In this document: piece after piece, positions 17,819 through 24,958 of the stretch | Position numbering within the stretch: the first letter of the stretch is position 1 | Layout: each line of letters begins with the position of its first letter | Virus record (IMG/VR): IMGVR_UViG_3300042564_004954 | Location: 4,169-68,168 of that record | Length of the DNA: 64,000 nt | Source: a virus | Lineage: Duplodnaviria; Caudoviricetes | Reading direction: 5' to 3' (one strand) | Translations under genes and position numbers: made by a program | The notes under the pieces: generated by a model | The model's database searches: none | Seen by the model: only the letters and a program-made list of their open reading frames with translations | Told to the model about the DNA's origin: nothing

Positions 17819-18073
17819 TCACACGACGAGATCAATTCCCGCGAGGTGAAGGTTGCGATGCTTGCTTTCGCCGCCATCGTCAACATCCTTGGCAAGGATA
17901 GTGACATAACGACGACCTGATTTTTTGCCAATCGAAACATGATCGACTGCCTCGACTTTGAAGACGCGAACGCCATCATTTTTGATTTTGGAATCATTCG
18001 CAAAGTAGCGAACGGTTTTGCCGACGAGTGCGTTTGCGATTTCAAGTGCGGATGCTTGGTAGTTTATGTTCAT
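17819..18073 (-). CDS. hypothetical protein
   Basis: 84-aa MNINYQ... ORF. Confidence 0.75.
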   Translation of the reverse strand: MNINYQASALEIANALVGKTVRYFANDSKIKNDGVRVFKVEAVDHVSIGKKSGRRYVTILAKDVDDGGESKHRNLHLAGIDLVV

Positions 18074-18146
18074 GGTGTGTTTTGTTTTGTTTATTGTTGC
18101 GGGAGAAGTATGGCAGATTTTTCGGATTGTGTCAACTTTATTTTGA

Positions 18147-18296
18147 TTATCCGCGATTTTTTAAGCGGATGAAAACATCCTTATTGTCTTCCATGATTTG
18201 GCTCAATTGTTGAAAGCAGTAGTCAAACCAGACTTGTTGAGTGATTTGGCCAGCTTGAACCTTGGCAAACATTTCTTTGTATTCGGTGGTGTTCAT
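18147..18296 (-). CDS. small phage protein
   Basis: 49-aa MNTTEYKEMF...DVFIRLKNRG; TTGACG-17-TACTCT upstream. Confidence 0.7.
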   Translation of the reverse strand: MNTTEYKEMFAKVQAGQITQQVWFDYCFQQLSQIMEDNKDVFIRLKNRG

Positions 18297-18337
18297 GACA
18301 GGGAGAGAGTAAGATTTTTTTTGTGTTGCGTCAACTT

Positions 18338-18472
18338 TTATTTTTCAAGAAGTGAAGAAAAGTATTCGGCGGCTTGTTCGGCTTGCCACTCATACATGGC
18401 TTGCGTTGCGGCTTCGTGAAATGCGGCGAGCAGTTCGACTGAATCGGTGTGGGTGAGTTGGTCAATGGACAT
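18338..18472 (-). CDS. small acidic protein, leaderless
   Basis: 44-aa MSIDQLTH...; TTGCCA-16-TAACTT-6-ATG. Confidence 0.65.
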   Translation of the reverse strand: MSIDQLTHTDSVELLAAFHEAATQAMYEWQAEQAAEYFSSLLEK

Positions 18473-18515
18473 GAGAGAAAGTTAGTTTATTTTGAGAGAA
18501 TGGCAAGAAAAATTT

Positions 18516-18743
18516 TCAGATTTCTTCGATCAATTCGACTGGCAAGGGCTTTGTCATTTGCGTGGTTTGCTCATTGCTCACACGCTCAACCCAGAAGAAG
18601 AAACCATTCAAGATGCGGAAATTTTCGTTTGGCATGATTGTTTCGCCCTTGGTGATTTTTGTCTTGTGCGTGGAATGCCAGTAGGCAACGGTAAAGTTTT
18701 TAGTAGCGCGGAACATAGTGGCGGTGGTAGTGGTGTTGGTCAT
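18516..18743 (-). CDS. hypothetical protein, leaderless
   Basis: 75-aa MTNTTTTAT...; TTGCTA-16-TAACTT-6-ATG. Confidence 0.75.
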   Translation of the reverse strand: MTNTTTTATMFRATKNFTVAYWHSTHKTKITKGETIMPNENFRILNGFFFWVERVSNEQTTQMTKPLPVELIEEI

Positions 18744-18808
18744 GAGAGAAAGTTAGCAGATTTTCGGAGTGTAGCAAGAAAAATTTTCGTTTTTTTCAGC
18801 TTGGAAAG

Positions 18809-18871
18809 TGGTGAGCAGTTTTAAGAGATGCTCAACTCTCTAGAGTGATTTAGCGAGTACCCGAAGCTCGT
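18809..18871 (-). ncRNA. candidate 63-nt RNA: UUCG hairpin plus H-type pseudoknot followed by CCA
   Basis: Promoter TTGCAT-17-TATTCT-6-A with no ATG; AGAGA-GTTGAGCA-TCTCT-TAAAAC-TGCTCA-CCA. Confidence 0.55.
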
Positions 18872-18988
18872 GCGCAAAGAATAACCTCGGAACCGATAAA
18901 ATGCAACATCTTTTTTCATTTTTTATTTTTTATTTTTCGCACTTTTTTCTTGACGGATTGAGTATTTATGATAAAGAAGCGAAAAACA

Positions 18989-19064
18989 TAACTCATTGAT
19001 TTTCAACGAGTTACGGGGCGCGGCCCCGCCCCCGCCCGTAACTCACTCATTCTCAACGAGTTAC
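18989..19064 (-). repeat. tripartite repeat copy 9 (inverted)
   Basis: TAACTCATTGATTTTCAACGAGTTAC-[GGGGCGCGGCCCCGCCCCCGCCC]-GTAACTCACTCATTCTCAACGAGTTAC. Confidence 0.95.
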
Positions 19065-19167
19065 AGAGGCAGTGGCAATGTAGTTATGCTATGCACAATG
19101 TGCCATACTACTACAAGCGTAGTAGTAAAGCACACGGCGCTTGCAACTATGTCATGCAGTTCTTCAC

Positions 19168-19392
19168 TCATGCCGACATTCCTTCTTCTTCTAGAAATTC
19201 CATTGCGGCTTCTTGTGCGTAGTCGAGAAGCTCACTCATGGGTGTCATGCTATCTGCTTCCTCGATCATATCTTCAAGCGTGTCGATGTGATCGCATAGC
19301 AATGCGGTATCTGGTAGATCATCGAGAGACAAGCCGACAATGGCGTAGACTTGTGCGTTGATCATCTTTCGTGCTTTGTTTCGTGCGCTCAT
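19168..19392 (-). CDS. acidic hypothetical protein
   Basis: 74 aa containing GLSLDDLPD. Confidence 0.75.
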   Translation of the reverse strand: MSARNKARKMINAQVYAIVGLSLDDLPDTALLCDHIDTLEDMIEEADSMTPMSELLDYAQEAAMEFLEEEGMSA

Positions 19393-19395
19393 GTG

Positions 19396-19575
19396 TTAGT
19401 TGTGTTTGATGTATGATTGAAGATGTGCGAGGCAGTAGCAGGTCGCGCCAAAGGTCAAGAAGCATACAGCGTCAAACACTTCGCTTCGTCCTCCGTAGAT
19501 ACAGAAGGCACAAAGGCTAAAGACAGGCGACATGGTGATGATGGCAGAGCCAAGAATTGCTAGTGTGTGTTTCAT
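19396..19575 (-). CDS. small membrane protein
   Basis: MKHTLAILGSAIITMSPVFSLCAFCIY...CFLTFGATCYCLA. Confidence 0.55.
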   Translation of the reverse strand: MKHTLAILGSAIITMSPVFSLCAFCIYGGRSEVFDAVCFLTFGATCYCLAHLQSYIKHN

Positions 19576-19595
19576 TTTTTTTCTATGTGTTATGT

Positions 19596-19790
19596 TTACC
19601 AGACTTTGATGATTTCAATTTGATTTGAGCCAATGAATGCGCGATCTCCTGCAAGGTCACGATAGATGATGACAAAGCCGCCGTCGAGCGTGTTCCTATC
19701 GGTGACGCTACCGCAGAAGCGACGACCTTCATAGCGAAAGTCTACAGTAGAGTTAATGCGTGGGCGGGTGGTAGTAGTTGTGTTGGACAT
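19596..19790 (-). CDS. small protein, paralog of 15425..15631
   Basis: MSNTTTTTRPRIN...; TTGCGT-16-TAACTT-6-ATG. Confidence 0.8.
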   Translation of the reverse strand: MSNTTTTTRPRINSTVDFRYEGRRFCGSVTDRNTLDGGFVIIYRDLAGDRAFIGSNQIEIIKVW

Positions 19791-19833
19791 GTGAGAAAGT
19801 TAGCAGATGAGAGAGGGAACGCAAGAAAAATTT

Positions 19834-19992
19834 TCACTTTTCCCATTTTATTTCGCGGCATTCTTCGATGAATGCTTGGGCGTTTTCACCCGTGCGGATT
19901 GCCAGTTGCTCAAAGCGTTGCGAGACTGCTTCGAGTTCGGCAAGAGCGGCAAGAGTTTCGGCGCTGTAGAGGTTGGTGAGTTCGTTTGACAT
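19834..19992 (-). CDS. small protein, leaderless
   Basis: 52-aa MSNELTNLY...; TTGCTC-16-TAACTT-6-ATG. Confidence 0.7.
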   Translation of the reverse strand: MSNELTNLYSAETLAALAELEAVSQRFEQLAIRTGENAQAFIEECREIKWEK

Positions 19993-20045
19993 GAGAGAAA
20001 GTTAGCAGATTTTGAGGTTAGAGCAAGGAAAAAGATTTTTTATTT

Positions 20046-20216
20046 TCAGAGGTCTTTAAATTGGATTCTCGTATCTTCCCAAGCGTTCCCGTTCCACTTT
20101 ACCAAGACAACCCAAGGCTCATACCATTGTTCTTCTACAATGTCGGCAACCTTGAATTTGCCTTGCTTGGATTCGATTACATCACCGATGCGGAGGAGTT
20201 GGAGTTCGTTTGACAT
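20046..20216 (-). CDS. small protein, leaderless; first gene of the leftward block
   Basis: 56-aa MSNELQLLRIGD...; TTGCGT-16-TAATGT-6-ATG. Confidence 0.7.
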   Translation of the reverse strand: MSNELQLLRIGDVIESKQGKFKVADIVEEQWYEPWVVLVKWNGNAWEDTRIQFKDL

Positions 20217-20299
20217 GTAAGAACATTACCAGATTCCCCCACAAACGCAACAAAAAAAATCGTTTTTTTTCGAAAAGAATTTTGCGAGATTCTAAAGAA

Positions 20300-20470
20300 A
20301 ACACTTGACACCCTCCCCCCATTTCTCAAAAAAACTGCGAGTTGTTCGCGTGGGAAAGGGTGGGGGGACACTTTCCTCAATCTCCCCTCCCCAAACCAAC
20401 GTACCCCTCCCCCATTTGTCGAAAACGTTATCGATCTATCTAAATTCACCAATACCAAACATAAAAAAAA
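20300..20470. other. early/late divergence point with C-tract repeats; candidate genome end or packaging site
   Basis: CCCTCCCCCATTT twice (about 20311 and 20405), CCCCTCCCC and GGGTGGGGGG; strand and composition switch here. Confidence 0.35.
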
Positions 20471-20486
20471 ATCCCAGACTGAAAAA

Positions 20487-20492
20487 GTGTAA
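20487..20492 (+). promoter_or_regulatory. putative phage late promoter motif GTGTAA (representative copy)
   Basis: Also at + 21760, 22499, 28983, 35331, 41009, 53376 and - 4036, 4957, 38918, 61472. Confidence 0.65.
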
Positions 20493-20501
20493 GTAATTTA
20501 T

Positions 20502-21740
20502 ATGGCAGCGGTCTTGTATAATGATATTAGGGTAAAGGTGAGTGAATATGATCTATTGGTAAAATCAATGTCAATCCAAGGATCAAATCAACTTACCCCT
20601 AATAGAGTAATAAATGATTATCAATCAAGTCAATTTGATGGATATGGAATACAGGGATTCGCAAATTATAAAATTAATATCTCATTCTATGCTGAAACAG
20701 CTACTTCTGGAACCAAATATTGTTTAGAAGACTTAACTGGTGATCTTGACACAGAAATAAGAATACTTGGAACTAACCCATTTAAACAATGCTACTTAGA
20801 TAGTTTTAATGTTAACATCCAACCGTTTTTACCAGTCATGGTTGATGCTTCATTTACATGTTATGATCCCCCTAGTGTTTTTGATTTAGATGGAATAAAT
20901 ATAGCAAAAGTCCAGCCAGGGTTTTTCTTAAACGACAGTGAGTTTTATTTAATAAACAAAGAGTCGGGGATAACGTGGACAGGTGCTAATAGAGAGGCTT
21001 CTGGCATGGGTGGTCGTTTAGCAATTTTAGATACAGCGGAGAAAAATAATAGAGTACCCCAGCATAACTACGCAATGTGGATTGGCGCAAATGACACTGG
21101 AACCGAAGGCACTTGGAGATGGATAAATAATACTACATTTTGGACAGGTACGGCAAGTACTGGAGGGTCAGTTGGCGGGGCTTATAATAATTGGGCCGCT
21201 GGACAACCAGATAATGCTTTATTTACCGTTTCTGGAGAAGATTATGCTCAAAGACTTCCAAATGGAACATGGAACGATGCAGTAAATGATCCGTCTTTAT
21301 TTACAACGCCCGAAGCTTTTTGGTTTACACAAGGATATATTTTGGAATATACTGGCGGCTCAATTTATAAAGATAGTCTTATTTATGGACATACAGTACA
21401 AACTGTTAGCGGCGAATTTATTTCAGATGAAAACAAAGAACAAGTATCTTACTCAGTTACATGTGCAAGAACGCCAAGATATATGTTAGGGGAAACTATT
21501 CCAAGTAGAGTATTTTTAGATACAGTAGAAAAAGAATTATCTATTAAATCTACGCAAGTTGATAGTTTTGTTGATTATGATGGATATGAAGATTCTTTTT
21601 ATGTTTATTTAACTGATAAGAATAATAGATTAGCATCAACTATATCATTCCCAACAGCAAGAGTTGTTGCACAGAATTTTTCAGTTCGAGAGGGGGATAA
21701 TTCTATTGTAGAAATTAAAGCAAAAGAAGTTGTTTTATAA
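20502..21740 (+). CDS. virion protein with inserted C-type lectin domain (QPD/WND)
   Basis: GGRLA, WIGAND.GTEGTWRW, YNNWAAGQPDN, WND. Confidence 0.8.
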   Translation: MAAVLYNDIRVKVSEYDLLVKSMSIQGSNQLTPNRVINDYQSSQFDGYGIQGFANYKINISFYAETATSGTKYCLEDLTGDLDTEIRILGTNPFKQCYLDSFNVNIQPFLPVMVDASFTCYDPPSVFDLDGINIAKVQPGFFLNDSEFYLINKESGITWTGANREASGMGGRLAILDTAEKNNRVPQHNYAMWIGANDTGTEGTWRWINNTTFWTGTASTGGSVGGAYNNWAAGQPDNALFTVSGEDYAQRLPNGTWNDAVNDPSLFTTPEAFWFTQGYILEYTGGSIYKDSLIYGHTVQTVSGEFISDENKEQVSYSVTCARTPRYMLGETIPSRVFLDTVEKELSIKSTQVDSFVDYDGYEDSFYVYLTDKNNRLASTISFPTARVVAQNFSVREGDNSIVEIKAKEVVL

Positions 21741-21775
21741 TCAATAAAAATTGTATTTGGTGTAAATATATCTGA

Positions 21776-22504
21776 ATGCCAAAGAAAAAAGCCGACTTGT
21801 CGGGTTCTCTTGAGATTCGTACTCAATTAGAACATAGTATCAAGCTTAAACAGCGCAAATTCAAGTTTACTCCAAAACAGCACATGTTTTTGGAGATGGT
21901 CTTAGACCCCCAAAACCCAATTATTTTTGTATCGGGGCCAGCGGGAAGTTCTAAAACATATATGTCATTATATGCGGCCATTCAAATGATGATTAAAGAT
22001 AAAGAGCGCGAATTACTTTATGTTCGCAGTATTATCGAAAGTGCTGATCAAGGATTAGGTAGTCTACCTGGAGATGTTGCGGAAAAATTTGATCCATTTT
22101 TGATTCCTCTTTACGATAAGCTTGATGAAATCATCGTACCACAAGATGTAGTATGGTTAAAAGGTCAAGGTAAAATTGGCGCTATACCAATTAACTTTCT
22201 TCGTGGCGCAAACTGGACAGATAAGGTAGTTATCGCAGATGAAGCGCAAAACTTCACCTTCAAAGAGCTTACAACTTTAATCACTCGCGTTGGAGAAGGA
22301 ACTAAACTTATTATTTGCGGCGATTTCATGCAAAGCGATATTAATGGCCGCTCTGGATTCTCTCCTATGTTTAGACTCTTTGATGATGATGAAAGTAAGT
22401 CTCGCGGAGTATGCACTTTTTGCTTTAACGAGTCAGATATTGTACGTAGTGAAATTTTGAAATTTTTAATCTCAAGATTACAAAAAGCAGAAAAAAATGT
22501 GTAA
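21776..22504 (+). CDS. phoH: PhoH family ATPase
   Basis: GPAGSSKT, LGSLPG, FLRG, DEAQN, TRVGEG, GDFMQSD, DIVRS. Confidence 0.92.
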   Translation: MPKKKADLSGSLEIRTQLEHSIKLKQRKFKFTPKQHMFLEMVLDPQNPIIFVSGPAGSSKTYMSLYAAIQMMIKDKERELLYVRSIIESADQGLGSLPGDVAEKFDPFLIPLYDKLDEIIVPQDVVWLKGQGKIGAIPINFLRGANWTDKVVIADEAQNFTFKELTTLITRVGEGTKLIICGDFMQSDINGRSGFSPMFRLFDDDESKSRGVCTFCFNESDIVRSEILKFLISRLQKAEKNV

Positions 22505-22604
22505 ATAAAATTAGACAAGACCTGCCAAAGCGCACAGCTAAATGTAATTGCAAAAATAAGGGTGGTTGTATCTTGTCTACTTTTTGTCCCTAGAAGCTTA
22601 AGCC

Positions 22605-22871
22605 ATGACTCAAAAAACCAAAGAAACAATTGCAGAGACAGCATCCGTATTAAAATGGATTGCTCCAATTGTTTTTGGCGTTTTAATTTTGTGGTTAAAT
22701 AGTAGATACTCTACAGTTGAAGCGCATGATGTTTTAGAAAACAAAGTACACTTAATAAGCGCTTCAAGTAAAGAAAACGAAGCTGATTTAAATAAAAAAA
22801 TTGAAATTATTAATACTAAGCTTGAATATATATTAACGGACGTTAAAGAAATCAAAGCAAAAGTAAAATGA
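22605..22871 (+). CDS. single-TM coiled-coil protein (possibly lysis-related)
   Basis: WIAPIVFGVLILWL followed by heptads. Confidence 0.6.
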   Translation: MTQKTKETIAETASVLKWIAPIVFGVLILWLNSRYSTVEAHDVLENKVHLISASSKENEADLNKKIEIINTKLEYILTDVKEIKAKVK

Positions 22872-23227
22872 GTCAAATATTCTGTTCAAGCTGCGGGGTC
22901 AAACATCAATACACATATTCTCAACCAAAATTTTGTTCATCATGTGGGCAATCTTTTGGTTCTTCTTTCTTGCCACCAAAAAAGCAAGTAGCAAGTGCGG
23001 AGTATGATATTAATGAAGAGGATGAAGAAGACGATGGTGAAAACACCAACGTTCAACACGTTCCTAATATTCGAAATCTACAAGTAGACATTGAACGTGA
23101 AGATGGTGTCAATCAATTTACTCTTGGTTCATTATTTGGGCAAGGTAATGCGGGTGTTTCAAGGAGGAGTCGCCGTTCTAAAACGGTAGATGATTTTATT
23201 AGCGAGAAATCTACCAGTGGGGAATAA
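22868..23227 (+). CDS. double zinc-ribbon protein
   Basis: FCSSCG twice, acidic linker. Confidence 0.8.
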   Translation: MSQIFCSSCGVKHQYTYSQPKFCSSCGQSFGSSFLPPKKQVASAEYDINEEDEEDDGENTNVQHVPNIRNLQVDIEREDGVNQFTLGSLFGQGNAGVSRRSRRSKTVDDFISEKSTSGE

Positions 23228-23909
23228 AAAACATAAATATGAAGACTTCTCCGATATCATTGATGCTACTATAAGAAAGTTTAGATCTAAGTGGCAATTA
23301 AATGCGATCAATTGGTTTGATTTCTCTGATGTAGAGCAAGTGGTTAAAATACACATCCACAAAAAGTGGGATATGTGGGATCAATCTCTTCCACTTGAAC
23401 CATGGATAGCGAGAATAGCCTCCAATCAAATTAAAAACATAATTAGAAACAATTATACTAATTATGTCAAGCCTTGTATGCAATGCAAGTTCAATATGGG
23501 CGACAATCTTTGTTCTTGGACTAGAAGTGGTAGTCAAAATTTGACTTGCGGCATGTATGCTAAATGGTCAAAGCAAAAGAAAGCGGGGTATGGAATTAAA
23601 TTACCTCTTGCTTTAGAAAATCATATAAAAGAAATAGATTCAAGACCAGACACGACTATTCATTTTGATTCAGCAATAGAAAGATTAAATGAGATACTTA
23701 AGATTCAACTAAGCTCAGAACATTATACTGTTTACATGATGTTATTTTTCGAAGAAAAATCTGAAGAAGAAGTTGCTAAATTCATGGGTTACAAAACAAA
23801 TGAAAAAAACAGAAAAGCTGGATACAAGCAAATAAAAAATCTTAAAAAAATGCTAAGGGAAAAAGCGGAGGAAATAATCCGCGAAAATGATATTATAATA
23901 GACGAATGA
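23190..23909 (+). CDS. sigma-factor-like protein
   Basis: Region-2-like D..Q...W..RIASNQIKN; Cys insert; C-terminal HTH SEEEVAKFMGY. Confidence 0.65.
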   Translation: MILLARNLPVGNKKHKYEDFSDIIDATIRKFRSKWQLNAINWFDFSDVEQVVKIHIHKKWDMWDQSLPLEPWIARIASNQIKNIIRNNYTNYVKPCMQCKFNMGDNLCSWTRSGSQNLTCGMYAKWSKQKKAGYGIKLPLALENHIKEIDSRPDTTIHFDSAIERLNEILKIQLSSEHYTVYMMLFFEEKSEEEVAKFMGYKTNEKNRKAGYKQIKNLKKMLREKAEEIIRENDIIIDE

Positions 23910-24958
23910 CACTAACAGATTTACAAAAACAATTAGTTATTGATACATATAAATCTACATCAGATTTAAATGAGATCACTCGTCGCGTTTTTGATAACAA
24001 TAGTATCGACGGCAGAAGTAAGGAAGGGCGATTAATTCGTCAGTTCATGATTGAAAATAAATTAAAATTCAAAACTGCACGTCGAGTAAAGAAAGACGGT
24101 ATTGAATTCACCGAAGAACAAATTGATTTTATCATTAAACAGGGTAATGATGGATTATCTTCTTTAAAGATTGCCGAAATCGTCTTTCCAAAGAAAGAGG
24201 TGAAGCCTCTTTCTCTTGAGCAACGAGCCGTTCTTGAAATTCTCAGAGAAGCTAACCCAGACTATACTCCATCCCAAGATGTTGATGCCTCTTTAAGCAG
24301 TTATGTAGCACCTAAGTCTACTGGGCGCATCGTAAAAAAGATCAACGATGCTACTGGATTGTCTTTGGAGGAAGAAAAATTAAATAGGCAACATAAGAAT
24401 TGTGTGGATAGATTAGGTATAAATCTTAATAATTCCAGATTTGTTAAAATTGTTAATAATTACACATCTAAAGATGATCGTGAGTTATTTGAGCAGGAAT
24501 TTATTCGTTTAACATGGGATAAGCCAGACCTTACTGCGGATGAACTTAATTTATATATGAACGTCTGTAAGGAAGTTATTAATTTAGAAGTAGTTAGTAA
24601 ACACTTAAACAAACTTAATGATCTTTTTGATATAGCTAATGATCAAGAAGAAATGAGCATTAGACTTGCTGAAATTATTAAAGCAAAAAGTTCTGAATAC
24701 CATCAGTGCGAAGGTAGAATTGAAAATTTAACAAAAAAACTACAAGGAGATCGCTCTGAGCGAATGAAGAGCAAGCATAAAGAAAATGCATCTATTCTTT
24801 CATTGGTTCAATTCTTTCAAGATGAAGAAGAGCGTAAAAATATGGTAAGAATGGCTGAAATGCAAAAAGAAGTCATTCAACAAGAAGCTCACAGACTTGA
24901 AGGTATGTCCGAATGGAAGGCCAGAGTATTAGGAATTTCTCAAGATGATGTCATTTAA
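23906..24958 (+). CDS. hypothetical coiled-coil protein (terminase small subunit candidate)
   Basis: 350 aa in the operon leading to the terminase. Confidence 0.55.
   Translation: MTLTDLQKQLVIDTYKSTSDLNEITRRVFDNNSIDGRSKEGRLIRQFMIENKLKFKTARRVKKDGIEFTEEQIDFIIKQGNDGLSSLKIAEIVFPKKEVKPLSLEQRAVLEILREANPDYTPSQDVDASLSSYVAPKSTGRIVKKINDATGLSLEEEKLNRQHKNCVDRLGINLNNSRFVKIVNNYTSKDDRELFEQEFIRLTWDKPDLTADELNLYMNVCKEVINLEVVSKHLNKLNDLFDIANDQEEMSIRLAEIIKAKSSEYHQCEGRIENLTKKLQGDRSERMKSKHKENASILSLVQFFQDEEERKNMVRMAEMQKEVIQQEAHRLEGMSEWKARVLGISQDDVI

Larger units (their letters stand above)
9880..20260 (-). promoter_or_regulatory. array of more than 20 sigma70-type promoters (TTGACA/TTGCNN-16/17-TANNNT) with A/T-tract upstream elements
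   Basis: ATG exactly 6 nt after the -10 at 10104, 11210, 13264, 13434, 14488, 14938, 15380, 15631, 16058, 17376, 18472, 18743, 19790, 19992, 20216. Confidence 0.85.

Noticed and set aside
9011-19064. CRISPR array
   Set aside because: Repeats are 0.4-2.7 kb apart, separated by whole genes and in both orientations; no cas genes seen
9011-19064. Canonical integron or attC cluster
   Set aside because: No intI; ends do not fit RYYYAAC/GTTRRRY consistently; cassettes carry their own promoters; two sites are inverted while genes are not
11317-19064. Shufflon-like inversion between oppositely oriented copies
   Set aside because: All genes between copies remain on the minus strand and no invertase is present
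10024-20496. Plus-strand ORFs in the track (e.g. 11204..11983, 16421..16981, 18996..19361) and ORFs reading through the repeats
   Set aside because: Antisense shadows of promoter-supported minus-strand genes; the recurring ELRGAAPPP peptide is just the repeat translated
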